Assembly (NCBI GenBank): GCA_951406725.2
Contig: OX597827.1
Span: forward strand, 65,472,001-65,536,000
Direction: 5' to 3'
Source: Octopus vulgaris
Taxonomy: Eukaryota
Length of the DNA: 64,000 bases
The position numbers and the translations under genes are program-made. Below are positions 14,894 to 28,905 of this stretch, piece after piece. Within the stretch, counting starts at the first letter, position 1, and each line of letters opens with the position of its first letter. The notes under the pieces were generated by a model. That model worked only from the letters and a program-made list of their open reading frames with translations, did not search any database and had not been told where the DNA came from.

Positions 14894-15862
14894 CTTCTGC
14901 CATCACAAGCATAGCCACGTACATTTGCATTTGTCAACTACGTTTTGTACACATTTCCAAAAAAGAATGATGGCTCTCATTTCATAAGCATCATTTCTTC
15001 TGTGAAATGTCGCATTAATTAAGAGTATTTTTTCACATTATTGTGAATATCTGCATTTTGGTATATGAGCTCTTGCTATCCGCACCAGTACTGTTATACT
15101 ACGAAGGAACAGTTATCGTGGATTGTAAAAGAATAACCTGTAAATTAAAGCATTGGGAGCTTGGAAATATCCACAGTTCGGCATCCACAGTTCGACAATA
15201 ACTTTTTTCATGGATCGGCGGCATGTCAACAATTGCCTTCTATAACGACTTACATGTGTATTCGTGGAGACTCGGGACATTGATGAATATGAAGTAGAGT
15301 AACCTACATGCTGTCGCTGAGATACCGAACTTTAAGAAACCCTGGGTTTCCAGCAAACAACTTCTGTGTCATATAGAACAGATTCCACCATGGCACAAAG
15401 TACACACAAAATTAGGTTGTCAAACATCCCTCCGTTTCTTGTGTTCGAATGCTATCTAAGTAATCGAGATTATAGTTTATTAGAAAAGCGTGTTAGATGT
15501 AGCCGTGTAGATCATCGACTGTGCAATTAAGATTGTTTTTCTCGATAATAATTTGGCGAAATGTACTATCAGGATTTAAATATAAAATGTGATGAGATGA
15601 GAATAAATACGCTAAAGTATTTATTCACGATATTTAATTATTGCTGTTTTACTTCCATAATTACTCCATTGGCCTCGTTCTCATTAATACATGTTTAACA
15701 TAAAATCACAACTTGCTATTACTCTCTTAATGACTTCAAAATATCTTATATACATGCATAACCATCTTAAAAACATGTCCACACAGACAAACATACACTC
15801 GCTCACGCATAGCATACGAAGGAGCGAGATATATGATGCACGCATTTATATATCTGTTCGCA

Positions 15863-15926
<64 letters not shown>

Positions 15927-15941
15927 CACACACACACACAC

Positions 15942-15998
<57 letters not shown>

Positions 15999-16799
15999 GT
16001 ATGTATGTGTATATATAAATGCATGCATGTATACATACAGAGAGTGAGAAAGAGAGGTCGATAGATTGATAGGTAGATGTATCTCCCATTTTTCTCTAAA
16101 TATGAATGTGTGCGTGTATATATATGTGTCTGAGTGTGTGTGAGTGTATATATATATATATCTTTTCTCCTTTTCTCGAAACGCATACACACGCACAAAC
16201 ACATATGCACACCCGTTCTCCTATGTGGTGCTTATGTTTCTATGTGTGTGTGTGTGTTTTGTGTGAACCTATATGTGTGTCTTTTGCCTCAATATATGTA
16301 TGTATACACTCAGGGGCATACACATTCGAAATATCAATAACCAACCACGAATGTATTATAAAACGTGTTACTGATAAATCAGTTTTACATAAGTTTTGTT
16401 AACAGAGAAAATTTCGTTTTAACCTAATTTGCTTGTAAAGTATTCTGAATCGTTACGCAGTAGAGCCATTTATATCTCCAACGTTTATTATATCAAAACA
16501 TTGTTTTTTAATATGGTGAGCGATGTTCTAAAATAAATTATAGGAAAACATTTAGTTATATTTCACACGGTTTCATGCGAATAATTACACTAATGTTCAT
16601 CTCGGTTATCGATATGCTGTGGTGTTATATTGCGTATGAATACGTAGATGTTTAGGTCTAAGTGGGTTGTGGTGTATGCCTGTGTCTGTGCGCGTATTTA
16701 AAGTAGGGAAACAGAGTGTGAAGTAAGTAGTGAGAGAGAATAATGCGCAAACATATGTTCTGTTTGTGGTTTTATGTATGAATGTGTATTTTTTGTATG

Positions 16800-17057
16800 T
16801 ACGTAAGTGCATATGAATGTGTATATATATATATATGTGTATGTGTGTATGTGTACATATAGGTATGTATAAATGTATATGTATATAAATGTATGTATAT
16901 GTGTGCGTGTATGTACGTGAGTATGTATGTGCTTGCTTGTATGTATGTATGTACATATGCATGTGCATGTGTATGTATGTATATATATATATATAAGCAT
17001 GTATATATGTATATACATATATATGTATGTGTATTTGTGTGTATGTATATATGTATA

Positions 17058-17120
<63 letters not shown>

Positions 17121-17731
17121 ATGTATGCATATATGTATGTGTATATATATAAGTATGTATATATGTATATACATATAAATGTATGTATAGGTGTATATAC
17201 ATATATATGCATGCATGTATATATGTGTGTGTATGTATGTCTGTGTATATGTTTGTGTGTTTGCATTGCCTGATTGTATGTATATATGTATGTATGTGCC
17301 TGTTTGTATGAATGTGGTTTCATGAATATGTTTGCATGTAAGCATATGTTTGTGTGTGGGTATGTATGCATATGAGTACGTATGAATGTGTGTGTATCTA
17401 TTTATGTTTATATTTGCGAGTACTTACGTATGTATGTGTGCGTGTTTGTATGTTTTTATGTATGCATGAATGCATGTATGTCTGTTTGTATGTACGTATG
17501 TATGTATGTATGTACGTATGTATGTACGTATGTATGTATGTACGTATTGCAAGGGCTAAAATTGATAATAAATATTTTTATGTATGTATGTATGTATGTA
17601 TGTATGTATGTATGTATGTATGAATGTGTGTATGTATGTATGTATGTATGTATGAATGTATGTATGTATGTATGTATGTATGTATGTATGTATGTATGTA
17701 TGAATGTATGTATGTATGTATGTATGTATGT
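16800..17731. repeat. Large degenerate (TATG)n/(TA)n/(TG)n field
   Basis: Direct observation. Confidence 0.95.
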
Positions 17732-17999
17732 AGTGGAGAAATTTTGCAAGGGCTAAAATTGATAATAAATATTTTTATTTTGATTTTTCATTTATAATTT
17801 ATAATATTTTCAAGAAACGGAAATGAGATCAACAGCAAAACATTAATATTCTTGAAGATGATGACCGTGACGCGAGAAGTCGAGTATAATCACCCCAGTC
17901 TAAACTGGTGCCGATTTATAGTAGCTTACATTTTGACTTATTTTAGAACATGGCTGAGTCCATAAAATAGGACTTGACAACACCTCCATTTAGAGCATA

Positions 18000-18206
18000 T
18001 GTTTCTTAATTACCCACAAGTGGCTAAACATAGAAGGGACAAACAAGGACAGAAAATGGATTAAGTACTGGTACTTAATTTATCGACCCCCGAAAGGATG
18101 AAAGGCAAAGTCGACCTCGGCGGAATTTGAACTCAGAACGTAGCGGCAGACGAAATAGGGCTACGTATTTCGCCCGTCGTGCTAAAGCTTCTGCCAGCTC
18201 GCCGCC
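18000..18206 (-). mobile_element. SINE family B with 10-bp target-site duplication
   Basis: Reverse complement of family B; flanked by ttagagcata at 17990-17999 and 18207-18216. Confidence 0.9.
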
Positions 18207-18216
18207 TTAGAGCATA

Positions 18217-18665
18217 GTTTAAGCTATCTTTTCGTGCAAGAAGGTTTATGATCCTATAACCTGTGTTAATTCTGTAACCGTTTGAAATGGAAGATAAGAA
18301 AGTTCATTTTCGGCGCTTGGTGCTTTGGGAACCAGACAAAAATTGCTGCAGCTCGGCTGGGATGTATTACCCCACCCTCCATATTCACCAGATATTGCTC
18401 CTTCGGATTTCCACTTATTCAGGTGTCTGCAGAAAAGTGGTAACAATTTCAATTCCTTGGACGACGTAAAATGATACCTTGATGAATTCGTTGCCATGAA
18501 ACCACCTCAATTCTGGGAAGAGGGTATTTTCAAATCAAAGGAAAGATGGAGATGTATTGTACAAGAAAATGGTTCATATTTGGTTGATTAAAAATGAAAT
18601 GGCAATTATTTATTGACCTTTTACTTTCCTTTAAAAATCGGCACGAACTTTCGGGATAACCCGAT
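18217..18665 (+). mobile_element. Internally deleted mariner (Tc1/mariner) transposon remnant
   Basis: MEDKKVHFR start fused to PHPPYSPDIAPSDFHLFRCLQ..SLDDVK..LDEF..KPPQFWEEGIFK..ERWRCIVQENGSYLVD*; mariner YSPDLAPSD motif; 3' TIR-like cggcacgaactttcgggataacccgat. Confidence 0.9.
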
Positions 18666-18762
18666 GTTTTGAAATTCTGAGGCTCCACCTCACAGATTAC
18701 ACAGTGGAAAAAATCCATCTCCGTCAAGTATTCTCAGGCATTTATAGCTAGATTGAAATCAG

Positions 18763-18901
<139 letters not shown>

Positions 18902-18904
18902 TGA

Positions 18905-19093
18905 AGGCGATTGTCTGGCAGAATGATTAGTACGTCGGGCGAAACGCTTAGCAGTAATTCGTCTGTCGGTCTCTTATGAGTTCAAATTCTGCCGAGGTCG
19001 GTTGATAAATTAAGTACCAGTGAAACACTGGGGTAGATGTAATCGACTTAATCCCTTCCCCCAATTTTCATGCCTTGTGCCTACCGTGTAAAG

Positions 19094-19095
<2 letters not shown>
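18905..19095 (+). mobile_element. SINE family B, degenerate, followed by (ATT)n and a second short SINE head (19168-19225)
   Basis: ggcgattgtctggcagaatgattag..gagttcaaattctgccgaggtcg..gataaattaagtaccag. Confidence 0.8.
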
Positions 19096-19159
<64 letters not shown>

Positions 19160-19320
19160 CATTATTGAGGCGGCGAGCTGGAAAAAACCTTAAGCAAATT
19201 GCAAAAGAAGGCAAAATGTTTAGCGGCTCGGAGCTGGTATTGAGCCAAAATTCGAAACCATTTTACTACTACTAATACTAATGCTACTACTACTGCTAGC
19301 AGTAATAGTAGTAGTAGTAA

Positions 19321-19358
<38 letters not shown>

Positions 19359-19839
19359 CCAATTATTGCCGATAATTATGAGTACAGTCCTACCGTGACG
19401 GGACAAAACGGACACCCACTCAGCACATATATTCATGTGTATGAAATAATTATAACGCCAGTGCATATATAGTAGTAATCATAATATTTCTGTAGAAGAA
19501 TACCAGAAATTGAAACAGTGGGAAACGTCATAGATATCTCTGAGGCGACGCAGCTTCGAATAACAGTTTGTGACGTTGACAGCTTCTGGTGAAATTAGGT
19601 TCAATGGACATTATTCACTTTCTGTTTCCATCAATAACTTATTCGCTTCCCAACAGTACAATTCCGATGATTGAATCGTAACCATCTAATGAAAAGAAAT
19701 AACAGATAAGGTACTATACTTAATATGAGAAAATTCTTCAATCTTCCTATACACGATATTGATTGTAGACACAGGCACGTGCGCATTTATACATATGCTC
19801 TCATATGCACATGTCTATGTATGTATATGGATGAGTACA

Positions 19840-20395
<556 letters not shown>

Positions 20396-20696
20396 AATGA
20401 CACAAAAGATTGACTGAAAGATTGGTAGAAATAAAATAAGCTATTTAGACACAGGCGTGTCACAGACAGAAACTGGAGTTGCATTATTAACACTGTTCAA
20501 TTCCCCATTGATCATTTGCTATTCATTATTCCTTCTGTGAATGACGTAATTGCAAATACGTCATCGAAGCTGAAAGTTCAAGAGAAATTTTGACATGCTG
20601 AAAATACAAAGGGAAAGAAATTAACTTGCAAAAGTTTAATATTTGAATACATGAAAAATTTATGAATAATTCGCAAGTAACTGTTAGTCATTCGAA

Positions 20697-20751
<55 letters not shown>

Positions 20752-20754
<3 letters not shown>

Positions 20755-20900
20755 TAAAACTTTTTATTATATTCTCTTCCTGTATATTTCTGTGTTCCTT
20801 TCTGTCGAGGAGCGTAAGTTCGAAACGTAAAAACATTTTCTCACTTCCCGAGCGTTAAAATAATACTTATGTTTGTAGTTTATACACTCTTCATCTCTGT

Positions 20901-20943
<43 letters not shown>

Positions 20944-20970
20944 TCATCTTTTGTATTTTATAAATTCCCG

Positions 20971-20972
<2 letters not shown>
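20752..20972 (+). mobile_element. (TA)n-embedded short repeat with hammerhead-like motif
   Basis: cttt-CTGTCGA-g-gagc-gtaa-gttc-GAAA-c-GTA-aaaa at 20798-20833; downstream gagcgt..aataatact matches the 9780-9955 element; (TA)n on both sides. Confidence 0.6.
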
Positions 20973-21031
<59 letters not shown>

Positions 21032-21517
21032 GAGGGAGAGAGAGAGAGAGAGCAATAAGAAAATGGAGAGGGATCAATAGGTGATATACATCAACTTTTA
21101 GACATTATATTATGTCAATTTATTTACTAAAAGGACAATTTTAACACTATACATACATGTATAACATATTATGCTTTACATATATAATATATTAAATATA
21201 AAATATCAGGAATTATTAAGATATATAACATAGAGCAATAGAAATATCTTACAGCTATTTCATATGTACAAATACCAATTTTTCGCGGTTGGAAAGTAAT
21301 TTAGCTCACTCGTGAAGATTTGAGCAAAATTCAGAATTACGATTTTGATTATAACGAGAGTCATACTGAAAAGAAAATGCTGACAGTTTCCTTATTTCGA
21401 CTGTGGTTGTGTTGTGGCACAACCTCGAAAGATTTAGTGAAGCAAATCGACCAAACTACTCATTTCTTTTCAATTTGGCACTTATTCTGTCGGTCTCTAT
21501 ATAAGGTATATATATAT

Positions 21518-21584
21518 AGATTGTTCGGCTAAAGGCGGTGCTCTAGCATGGCCGCAGTCAAATTAATGAAACAAATACAAAAAT

Positions 21585-21655
<71 letters not shown>

Positions 21656-21687
21656 ATTTTTGTATTTGTTTCATTAATTTGATTGCG

Positions 21688-21724
<37 letters not shown>

Positions 21725-21791
21725 ATTTTTGTATTTGTTTCATTAATTTGACTGCGGCCATGCTAGAGCACCGCCTTTAGCCGAACAATCT
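21518..21791. repeat. Inverted duplication of a SINE-A tail across (TA)n arrays
   Basis: 21518-21590 is the reverse complement of 21719-21791; a third partial arm lies at 21651-21691. Confidence 0.93.
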
Positions 21792-22370
21792 TTGTGAGCT
21801 TAAGTTAATTTTGGGGCTCAAAAAGCAAAAAGCAAGGCCATGTAGGGGGACATGGAGTTATGTACAGGGTGGTGTTCATACAAAGAGTTCAGGCCATTTG
21901 TGGTCTAGGGAGACTTTGAACCGAGCGGTCAGTAGTTATTCGATCGGTCTCTTTTGCCGAATCGCTAAGTTACGGGGACGGGAACTCACCAACATCGGTT
22001 GTCAACATACAAAATAGAACGTTACATCGCTTCATTAGTAATGTAGATGCTAAATATCACTGACAGCAAAACATTGATATCATTCAGAGAAACCAATTGA
22101 CTTTATACGAGTCAACGAGGGATTCTGTAGCTGGATACGATACCGTCTGAAGAAAGAATATATCGTTCTCGTTTCTTTGGAGACATGAATGAGATGAAGT
22201 AGTCAGGGTTCGAATGTTCTTAATAGATATGCTCACTCCGGTTTAGTCAAAAACATGAAACCATAACACTAATATCTGCTCACATTATTATGAATTCTGC
22301 GCCCTGATGTTGTGAACCATATGTACGCGTAATTAACAATTTCGTTGTTTTATTATTGAATTTCAGTCTA

Positions 22371-22572
22371 AGGTGCCGAGCTGGCAGAATCGTTAGCACG
22401 CAGAGCAAAACTCCGCGTCTTTAAATTCTGAGTTCAAATTCCGCCGAGGTAAACCTTTGCCTTTTATCCTTTCGGGGTCGATAAAATACATAACAGTCAA
22501 AGACAGAGGTCGATGTAATCGATTTATTCCGTCCCTGAAATTGCTGTCATTGTGACGATATTTGAAACCATT
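22371..22572 (+). mobile_element. SINE family B
   Basis: gccgagctggcagaatcgttagcacg..gagttcaaattccgccgagg..atcctttcggggtcgataaa. Confidence 0.85.
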
Positions 22573-22919
22573 ATTAAATTCCAGTTTGGCCCTCACAAGT
22601 GTTAGTAGCTTATAAACCGCTGGTTCGTATAATCCTGAGAGTCCTAACGTACGGAATGACCTTCAGTCCAGTTATAGAATAATGTAGTTATAAAAAGCCG
22701 ATGATCTCGAGAGCATTGATAAAAGTATTATTGTCTTCTGAAATAATAGTGAAACATATTAGTTATAAATAAAACAATAAAATCGTCAAACATGTTACTT
22801 ATCAGAAACTTCTATGACATTCGTCCAGATTTGGTTGGCATATGGCATTTTTAATAATTTACTGTCACGTTTTACTGGCAGTAGTATTAAAATTGATTGT
22901 TTCTCTTTTAATGTAAATA

Positions 22920-24175
22920 CTAGCTGTTGGACCCGGCGTTGCTTGTGTTTTCTCTGTTGTAGCTAAGTCCACCTCTGACCTTGTATTGAAATCTACGTTA
23001 TCGGTGCCAACTATAACCCATTAAGATGTTATATCCGGTTCGGCAAGCTGTTGCAGGAGGAGTAGATGTGTAGCAGGCGGAGGAAAATGGTCAGAGCAGG
23101 CGGAGGAGTTTTGTGGACGGAGCGGAGTTTTTGCAGCCGACGTCGACGTGTTCAATGGTGCAGCGAAGTGAGGCTGAAGTACTAAATGAAGATTTTAAGA
23201 AAGTGTTTTGGGAAAATGAGTTCACACTTGTAAAGTGGTACTTACAGTGGAGTTCTGAATCAGCTAGCTCCGAAGATGTCTTCATGAGAGGATTGTAGAC
23301 TTGACTGTTCTTTTTGGTATCTTGTTTGATGAAATTCAGTCCTGTAACGCCTCTTGGTCGACGATATATCTTGACTTTCCGTCTTGGGTATAGATGAAAA
23401 AGTCTGAAAGATTTCCAACTTTTGAGCATCCTACGTATTGTTGGCCATGAGAGAAGGCAGGTTCAGTAAGGTTAAGTCCAACTACCTCCAATGACCGGCC
23501 ATAGGCTTTACTTATGCTAATGGCGAAACTGAGTTTGACTGGGAATCGTGGCCGCTTGAACTTGACTGCCAAGTCAAATGGAATCAGTGGAATTCTGGGG
23601 GTGAAAACGGTATCGTCACTTGCCTTTCCTGTTAGAATTGTCGCCTCAATGACTTTCGGCTTCAGTTGTTTAATGATTAGTCGCGCGCAATTGCAAAGTT
23701 TGGGCGGATTCAAGTTCCTCAACAGCATAACTGGAGTGCCTATCTTTAACTGCAAATCATGTGGTGGTAGAGCTGATAGTGCCAGAGGGCTCAATATTTC
23801 AACAGCATATTTTGTAGCATCAGCAATGTTGAAAACGGTGTCAATCGATTTGTAGGTTCACCGCTGTCCTGGAAGCAGCTCTAGAAGGATGTTGTTCAAC
23901 TGATCCAATTTTCCAGGCGAAAAATACAAAAGCTGCAGGACAAATAACGTAATTATGAGAATTTCCATACAAACGCCCGATTGATCTCACAAAATTCGAT
24001 GCCAACTAAGCATTATCGAGTTTTCGATAAATTCCGGCCGTATTTGAACTTCAAGCCATGTGATCTACCTATGTGCCGAAAATCATTAAAATCGGTTCGG
24101 CAGTGTGGGGTTGAGTTAGATTAACCCCAAACACACACACCCAGACAGACACCATTACACATTTATCCATATAGA
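22920..24175 (-). mobile_element. Internally deleted Helitron with both termini
   Basis: Minus strand starts TC (24175) and ends CTAG (22920) between host A and T; GC-rich subterminal cccggcgttgc motif; carries helicase C-terminus. Confidence 0.9.
23336..23890 (-). pseudogene. Helitron PIF1-like helicase C-terminal fragment
   Basis: LPPHDLQLKIGTPVMLLRNLNPPKLCN..FPVKLSFAISISKAYGRSL..FSHGQQYVGCSKVG; conserved KSQGQ and SRV motifs altered. Confidence 0.92.
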
Positions 24176-24994
24176 TTTTTCAAAATGTCAAATTTTCTGT
24201 TGTAACTTTTAAATCAAATGACATAATATCACTTACATCATTCACAGAAGAAGTGCGATAATAAGCAAGGCACTGGCTTATGCGGTGACACGATGACAAA
24301 AACGTTGGTCATATAATTTCTGTAACACATTCGATCGCTGCGCTTGTTGGGAACATTATTCACAATGTATGGCTATATTTTATGGTAAAATGTGCTCTCT
24401 CACGAATATTGCGCTAATTATGCTATGATTCATAGTTCAGTTTATCTCCTAAATTCTCCCCGGTGTACATTTATGAATCAAGAAATGTTAAATCCCTTAA
24501 ACTCGATACTTAATTATCATTGGCGATGCTTCGTGATGATCACACATTCATAATATTTCGAAAATCCCACTCACTCTGCAAACCTAACCTTTCTGATCCT
24601 GATCAGAATCTTTCACAAATCCTATTTGTTAGTAGCTCATTATAAAACGTTAGTAAACAATATAGCACATTACGTCCCAAATTCTTGGGACGATTATATT
24701 GAAATACATCGCATCATGTTAATCACAGCTTAAGGAAGGCTATCTACTAATTTATCAGCTGATCCAACACGATACAAACAAGCAGCCAGAGATACTCTGC
24801 TTTTTCCCTGTAGATGTCTAATCTAATGTGAATATATTGTTCCCAAGCTAGTAAATATTTGTGAAGTTTTATCTCGCATTCGGAAGCTCCCGAGTTTCAT
24901 TACCCTACCGGATAAGTTCGCTAATTTTATACAATCATAGCTACGCATGAATCCTAGTCTCGTCATTGGATGTAGAAAAAAGATGTTTGGAGGC

Positions 24995-25120
24995 TTTCTC
25001 TTTTACTTGTTTCAGCCATTTGACTGTGGCCATGCTGGGGCATCGCCTTTAGTCGAGCAAACCGACCCCAGAACTTATCCTTTGTAAGCCTAGTACTTAT
25101 TCTATCGTTGTCTTTTGCCT
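24995..25120 (-). mobile_element. SINE family A 3' fragment
   Basis: cttttacttgtttcagccatttgactgtggccatgctgg..cctagtacttattctatcg. Confidence 0.85.
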
Positions 25121-25471
25121 CAAATGAGGAACTTATAGAGTATTTTAGTTCCAAGTACGCGAAGTTCGAGGAAATGAGGTTTTGGTAATGGCGAACTTGA
25201 ATTGATCGAAAGCTTTTGGGTCAGAAATGATGTGGGTTGAAATAACAATAGTATTCTTTATAAGATTATCCTGAATGTATATCAACCACATTGTCCACAA
25301 GAGTTATGCGGGTCACTCCGCTAATAATCTGTTCTAGGACTAAAGAATATACTCTGTAATCTATGAGAAAATCCTGGTAGATATTATAGAACAGATTCAT
25401 AGTAGCCTAAATATAATCTGCAATAACAAGGCTGACACACCATACATATAATAGAGGCTTTTCGCTTGCAG

Positions 25472-25495
25472 GAGTGAGTGGCGGCTGCACTGGCA
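25472..25495 (+). CDS. Candidate 24-nt micro-exon, (G)VSGGCTG, phase 1-1
   Basis: ttttcgcttgcag|GAGTGAGTGGCGGCTGCACTGGCA|gtaagt; GC-rich in AT-rich context; frame preserving; phase-compatible with 13537-13612. Confidence 0.4.
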
Positions 25496-27348
25496 GTAAG
25501 TAAAATTCAAATTTCCATGTCTGCGAGCAAGAGATTAGAATTTCTTCGTTCCAAAACTCAAAAATGACATGTGACAAATTAACAGCAATAAAACACAGGA
25601 GTATTTTATGGGAAAAAAACCCCAAAAAAACCCAACAACCATACAACCATAACAAACACTCGGTTTGATTTGACTATCAATCACGTTGACTATATTAAGC
25701 ACGCAAAACAACAATAGCAAATAGCATAACAACGAAAACAAATACCATTTTCTCTGTGTGGTCTTGCGTTTGATTGTTTTGTGTAGCAGTTTTATGGAAC
25801 GGAACGCTACGCCATTAGCAAACACAGCTTTACGTGAAAGAACGTGTTCTGGTTTAAATATTATATACAATTAATATTCTCAGTCCGTTTTATAGCAAAA
25901 ACAACAATATATTATTAAAACAAAAACAAAAAACGAAACATATAATGAGTTTAAAATATCTTAAAACCATTAAAAAATGCTATTAAAATAAAAAAAATCT
26001 GAAAGAAAAAGCGTACCACAACTTGATCGCATTACACAAATGTGACAATTTAATCTCCTCATTTGCTGTCTAAAAATCGGAGTTTAAATATTTGTGTCAC
26101 TCTTGAGAATTGTCCCACATACCTTTACTTCGTGCTATTTCTTAGTGATTATGACCTAAAAGGCAATGATCACATTTTTTTTTTTCGGTTCTTATTCGAG
26201 ATCTTTGCTGTTGTTTTAACATAATGGCACATCATTGATTTTCAGAATCTCCATTCTTTGTTTATTCATTCGTTCAGGTTTTTCCTTATTTGGATTATTA
26301 TTTATTTATCTAATTATTTATTTTCTTTTGCGTTTCGGTGTCATTCATTTGTTTGAAAATATTATATTATGTCTTATTCGTGTGTTTTTAAAAAAATTTT
26401 TAAAAATAAAAGCAGAAACTGTTTTTCCTATTATTCTCTATTTGAGGCCGACCTTTTTTTATTATAAAGAGTGTTGATTCTATTTTTTGCCGTTGATTTC
26501 TTTTACAACATTCTTCATTCTTTTTAACGTAAATGAAGTCTTCTGAAGTCGTTCACTATTTATTCTGATTCCCTTTTTTTTATTTTCATTCTGATGGTTT
26601 CACCTTTTTATACTCGTTTTCTCTTCCCATCTTTTACGTAAAAGCAAGCAACGTATTAACTTCAATACTATTTGTTTGCTTATTTTTTTACTCCATACCA
26701 TTTTCAGTTCTTAAAGATTCAGCAAAGAAAAACAACACATTATCAAAATAAAGATTATGGTTGCTTGCCAGCTACATAACATGTTTGGTTAAAATCATTT
26801 CAACCGTTTTTCGTATTCCATATTCCATGATACACTTACAAACAAAAGAGAAAGAAAAAATGCGGAAACAAAGAAATATAAAATCATATACCTTCATTTC
26901 TGAGGTATTTTTCTCTAGCAGAAAGGTTATTCGCATCTTGTGGAGTGTCATATATTATCCGTAAGATAATTTCAGTTGCAGATTCTATCCTCAGTTGTAG
27001 ATATTTCATATATCACTTTATTTTTATACATTTTCCTTTAAATATTCGGGAAAAATAATATACTATCAAAACGAACATTATGGTTCGTTGCCAACTGCAG
27101 AATATAGTCACAACAAAATCACTACTTTTTCTTTTTTACAATTCTTTTGTCCATCCCGAAATTGTAAACAAAATCAGGTAAAGAAACAATTGAATCTAAA
27201 ATGCATTTCTGTTTTATTCTGAAGCATTTTGCGCCATCAAAGATTAAATCTACGTTTGCTTACTGTGTACCGAACGTTAGGTATGAAAAAACTATATTTT
27301 ATTTGAACAAGCTGGATTTTAAGGCAATAATACAAAATCTAAGGACAC

Positions 27349-27752
27349 ATGTAGGTGTAGGTATGAATGTATGGTTAATAGGTTAGCTTTCTAAATGCAG
27401 TTTCGTGTTCAGTTCCACTGCATGGTACCTAGTGAAAGCGTCAACCGCTATAGCCACTCGCTGACCATTTTTTTTTCATGAGTGCAATTAGTAGACGGAA
27501 ACTATGTGGAAGCCCTTCATATATATTTATATGTGTGTGTATGCGTGTTTTATGTCAGTTTGCATCCACACTTCAATGCCAGATTAGTGCGGCTAGAGTA
27601 CTTATGTCTCTGCAACCTACCGATTTGACAAAGTGAGCAATAGTATAAATGACGGACGTTAAATTCCATACTGGATTCGATTAGTTCCTAAAAATCCCTT
27701 GAAGGCGCTGCCCCAGCATGGTCATACTTCAATAAATACATTTAAGAGATAG
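27349..27752 (+). mobile_element. Old divergent SINE family A copy
   Basis: gttcagttccactgcatggtacc..tagacggaaactatgtggaagccc..aaggcgctgccccagcatggtc. Confidence 0.75.
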
Positions 27753-27832
27753 AAAATATTGCAAAACAAATATTTCACAAAAGTCTTAAAAGCTTCGCAT
27801 TCTCTCGAGGGTTACAATATATTTAGTGTTCT

Positions 27833-28054
27833 TCTCTTTTACTTGTTTCAGTCATTTGACTGCAGTCATGCTGGAGCACTGCCTTTAGTCGAGCAAATCG
27901 AACCCGGGACTTATTCTTTGGAAGCCTAGTACTTATTCTATCTGTCACTTTTGCCGAACTGCTAAGTTACAGGGATGTAAACACACCAGCATCTGTTGTG
28001 AAGCTATGTTGGGGGACAAACCCAGACACAAACATATACACACACATACATACA

Positions 28055-28131
<77 letters not shown>

Positions 28132-28280
28132 GACGGCCTTCTTTCAGTTTCTATCTACCAAATCCACTCACAGGGCTTTGGTCGACCCGAGGCTATAGTA
28201 GAAGACACTTGCCCAAGGTGCCACGCAGTGGGAATATATCCGGAACCATGTAGTTGGTAAGCAAGCTACATACCACACCA
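27833..28280 (-). mobile_element. SINE family A
   Basis: Near full-length reverse-complement copy, tail-to-tail with the preceding copy. Confidence 0.92.
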
Positions 28281-28699
28281 CTTTAACAGAATATTGTGTT
28301 ATCTAAATTTAACTTTAGTTTTCTAAATCTTTCGGTTGGATGAAAGCGATGTCGTCGTCCTCGAATTTTAGGTGGTCTCGGTGCTGTTAATTTCCCTTTC
28401 TAACAACTGCACAGAGACGACAAATGACTGAAACATACACAAGCTAGGGAAGTTATTTGTAGGGCACTGATGTCTCCGAGTAAACCAAAACATTTATTTA
28501 ATGCATGATGATTAAACGCGGATTCTATGGTCAATTAAATTATTTGAAAAAGTCTATTCTGCTAAACTTCTCGCTTCAAAATATTTCTGAGAACCACAAC
28601 ATAATATACATGCGAATATTATGCCGACTATATATCATGATCATAAGAAAATCAATTCTAATGACATTTCTGTTATTCCTTTTTATTTTCCTTATGCGG

Positions 28700-28905
28700 C
28701 GTTTTCAGCGTAACTCAAGAAACAGGAAGCGAGAGAGTTGGGGCGAAAGAGTACAACAAGGGCTGCCATCACTCCCTGCCGGAGCCTCGTGGAGCTTTAG
28801 GTGTTTTCGCTCAATAAATACACAGAACGCCCGGTCTGGGAATCAAAACCGCGATCCTCCGACCGCGAGTCCGCTGCCCTAACCACTGGGCCATTGCCCC
28901 TCCAC
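28700..28905 (-). mobile_element. tRNA-derived SINE, family C
   Basis: Minus strand gtggaggggcaatggcccagtggttagggcagcggactcgcgg..gcggttttgattcccagacc with A/B-box-like motifs and a non-tRNA body. Confidence 0.8.

Noticed and set aside
15000-15480. Moderately GC-rich unique stretch, possible transposase or exon
   Set aside because: No open frame or recognisable motif seen by eye
19495-19690. Exon-like unique sequence with acceptors on both strands
   Set aside because: All frames close within ~30 codons and no matching donor was found
28830-28905. tRNA-like head (also 51165-51241)
   Set aside because: Acceptor stems do not pair and sequence continues into SINE bodies
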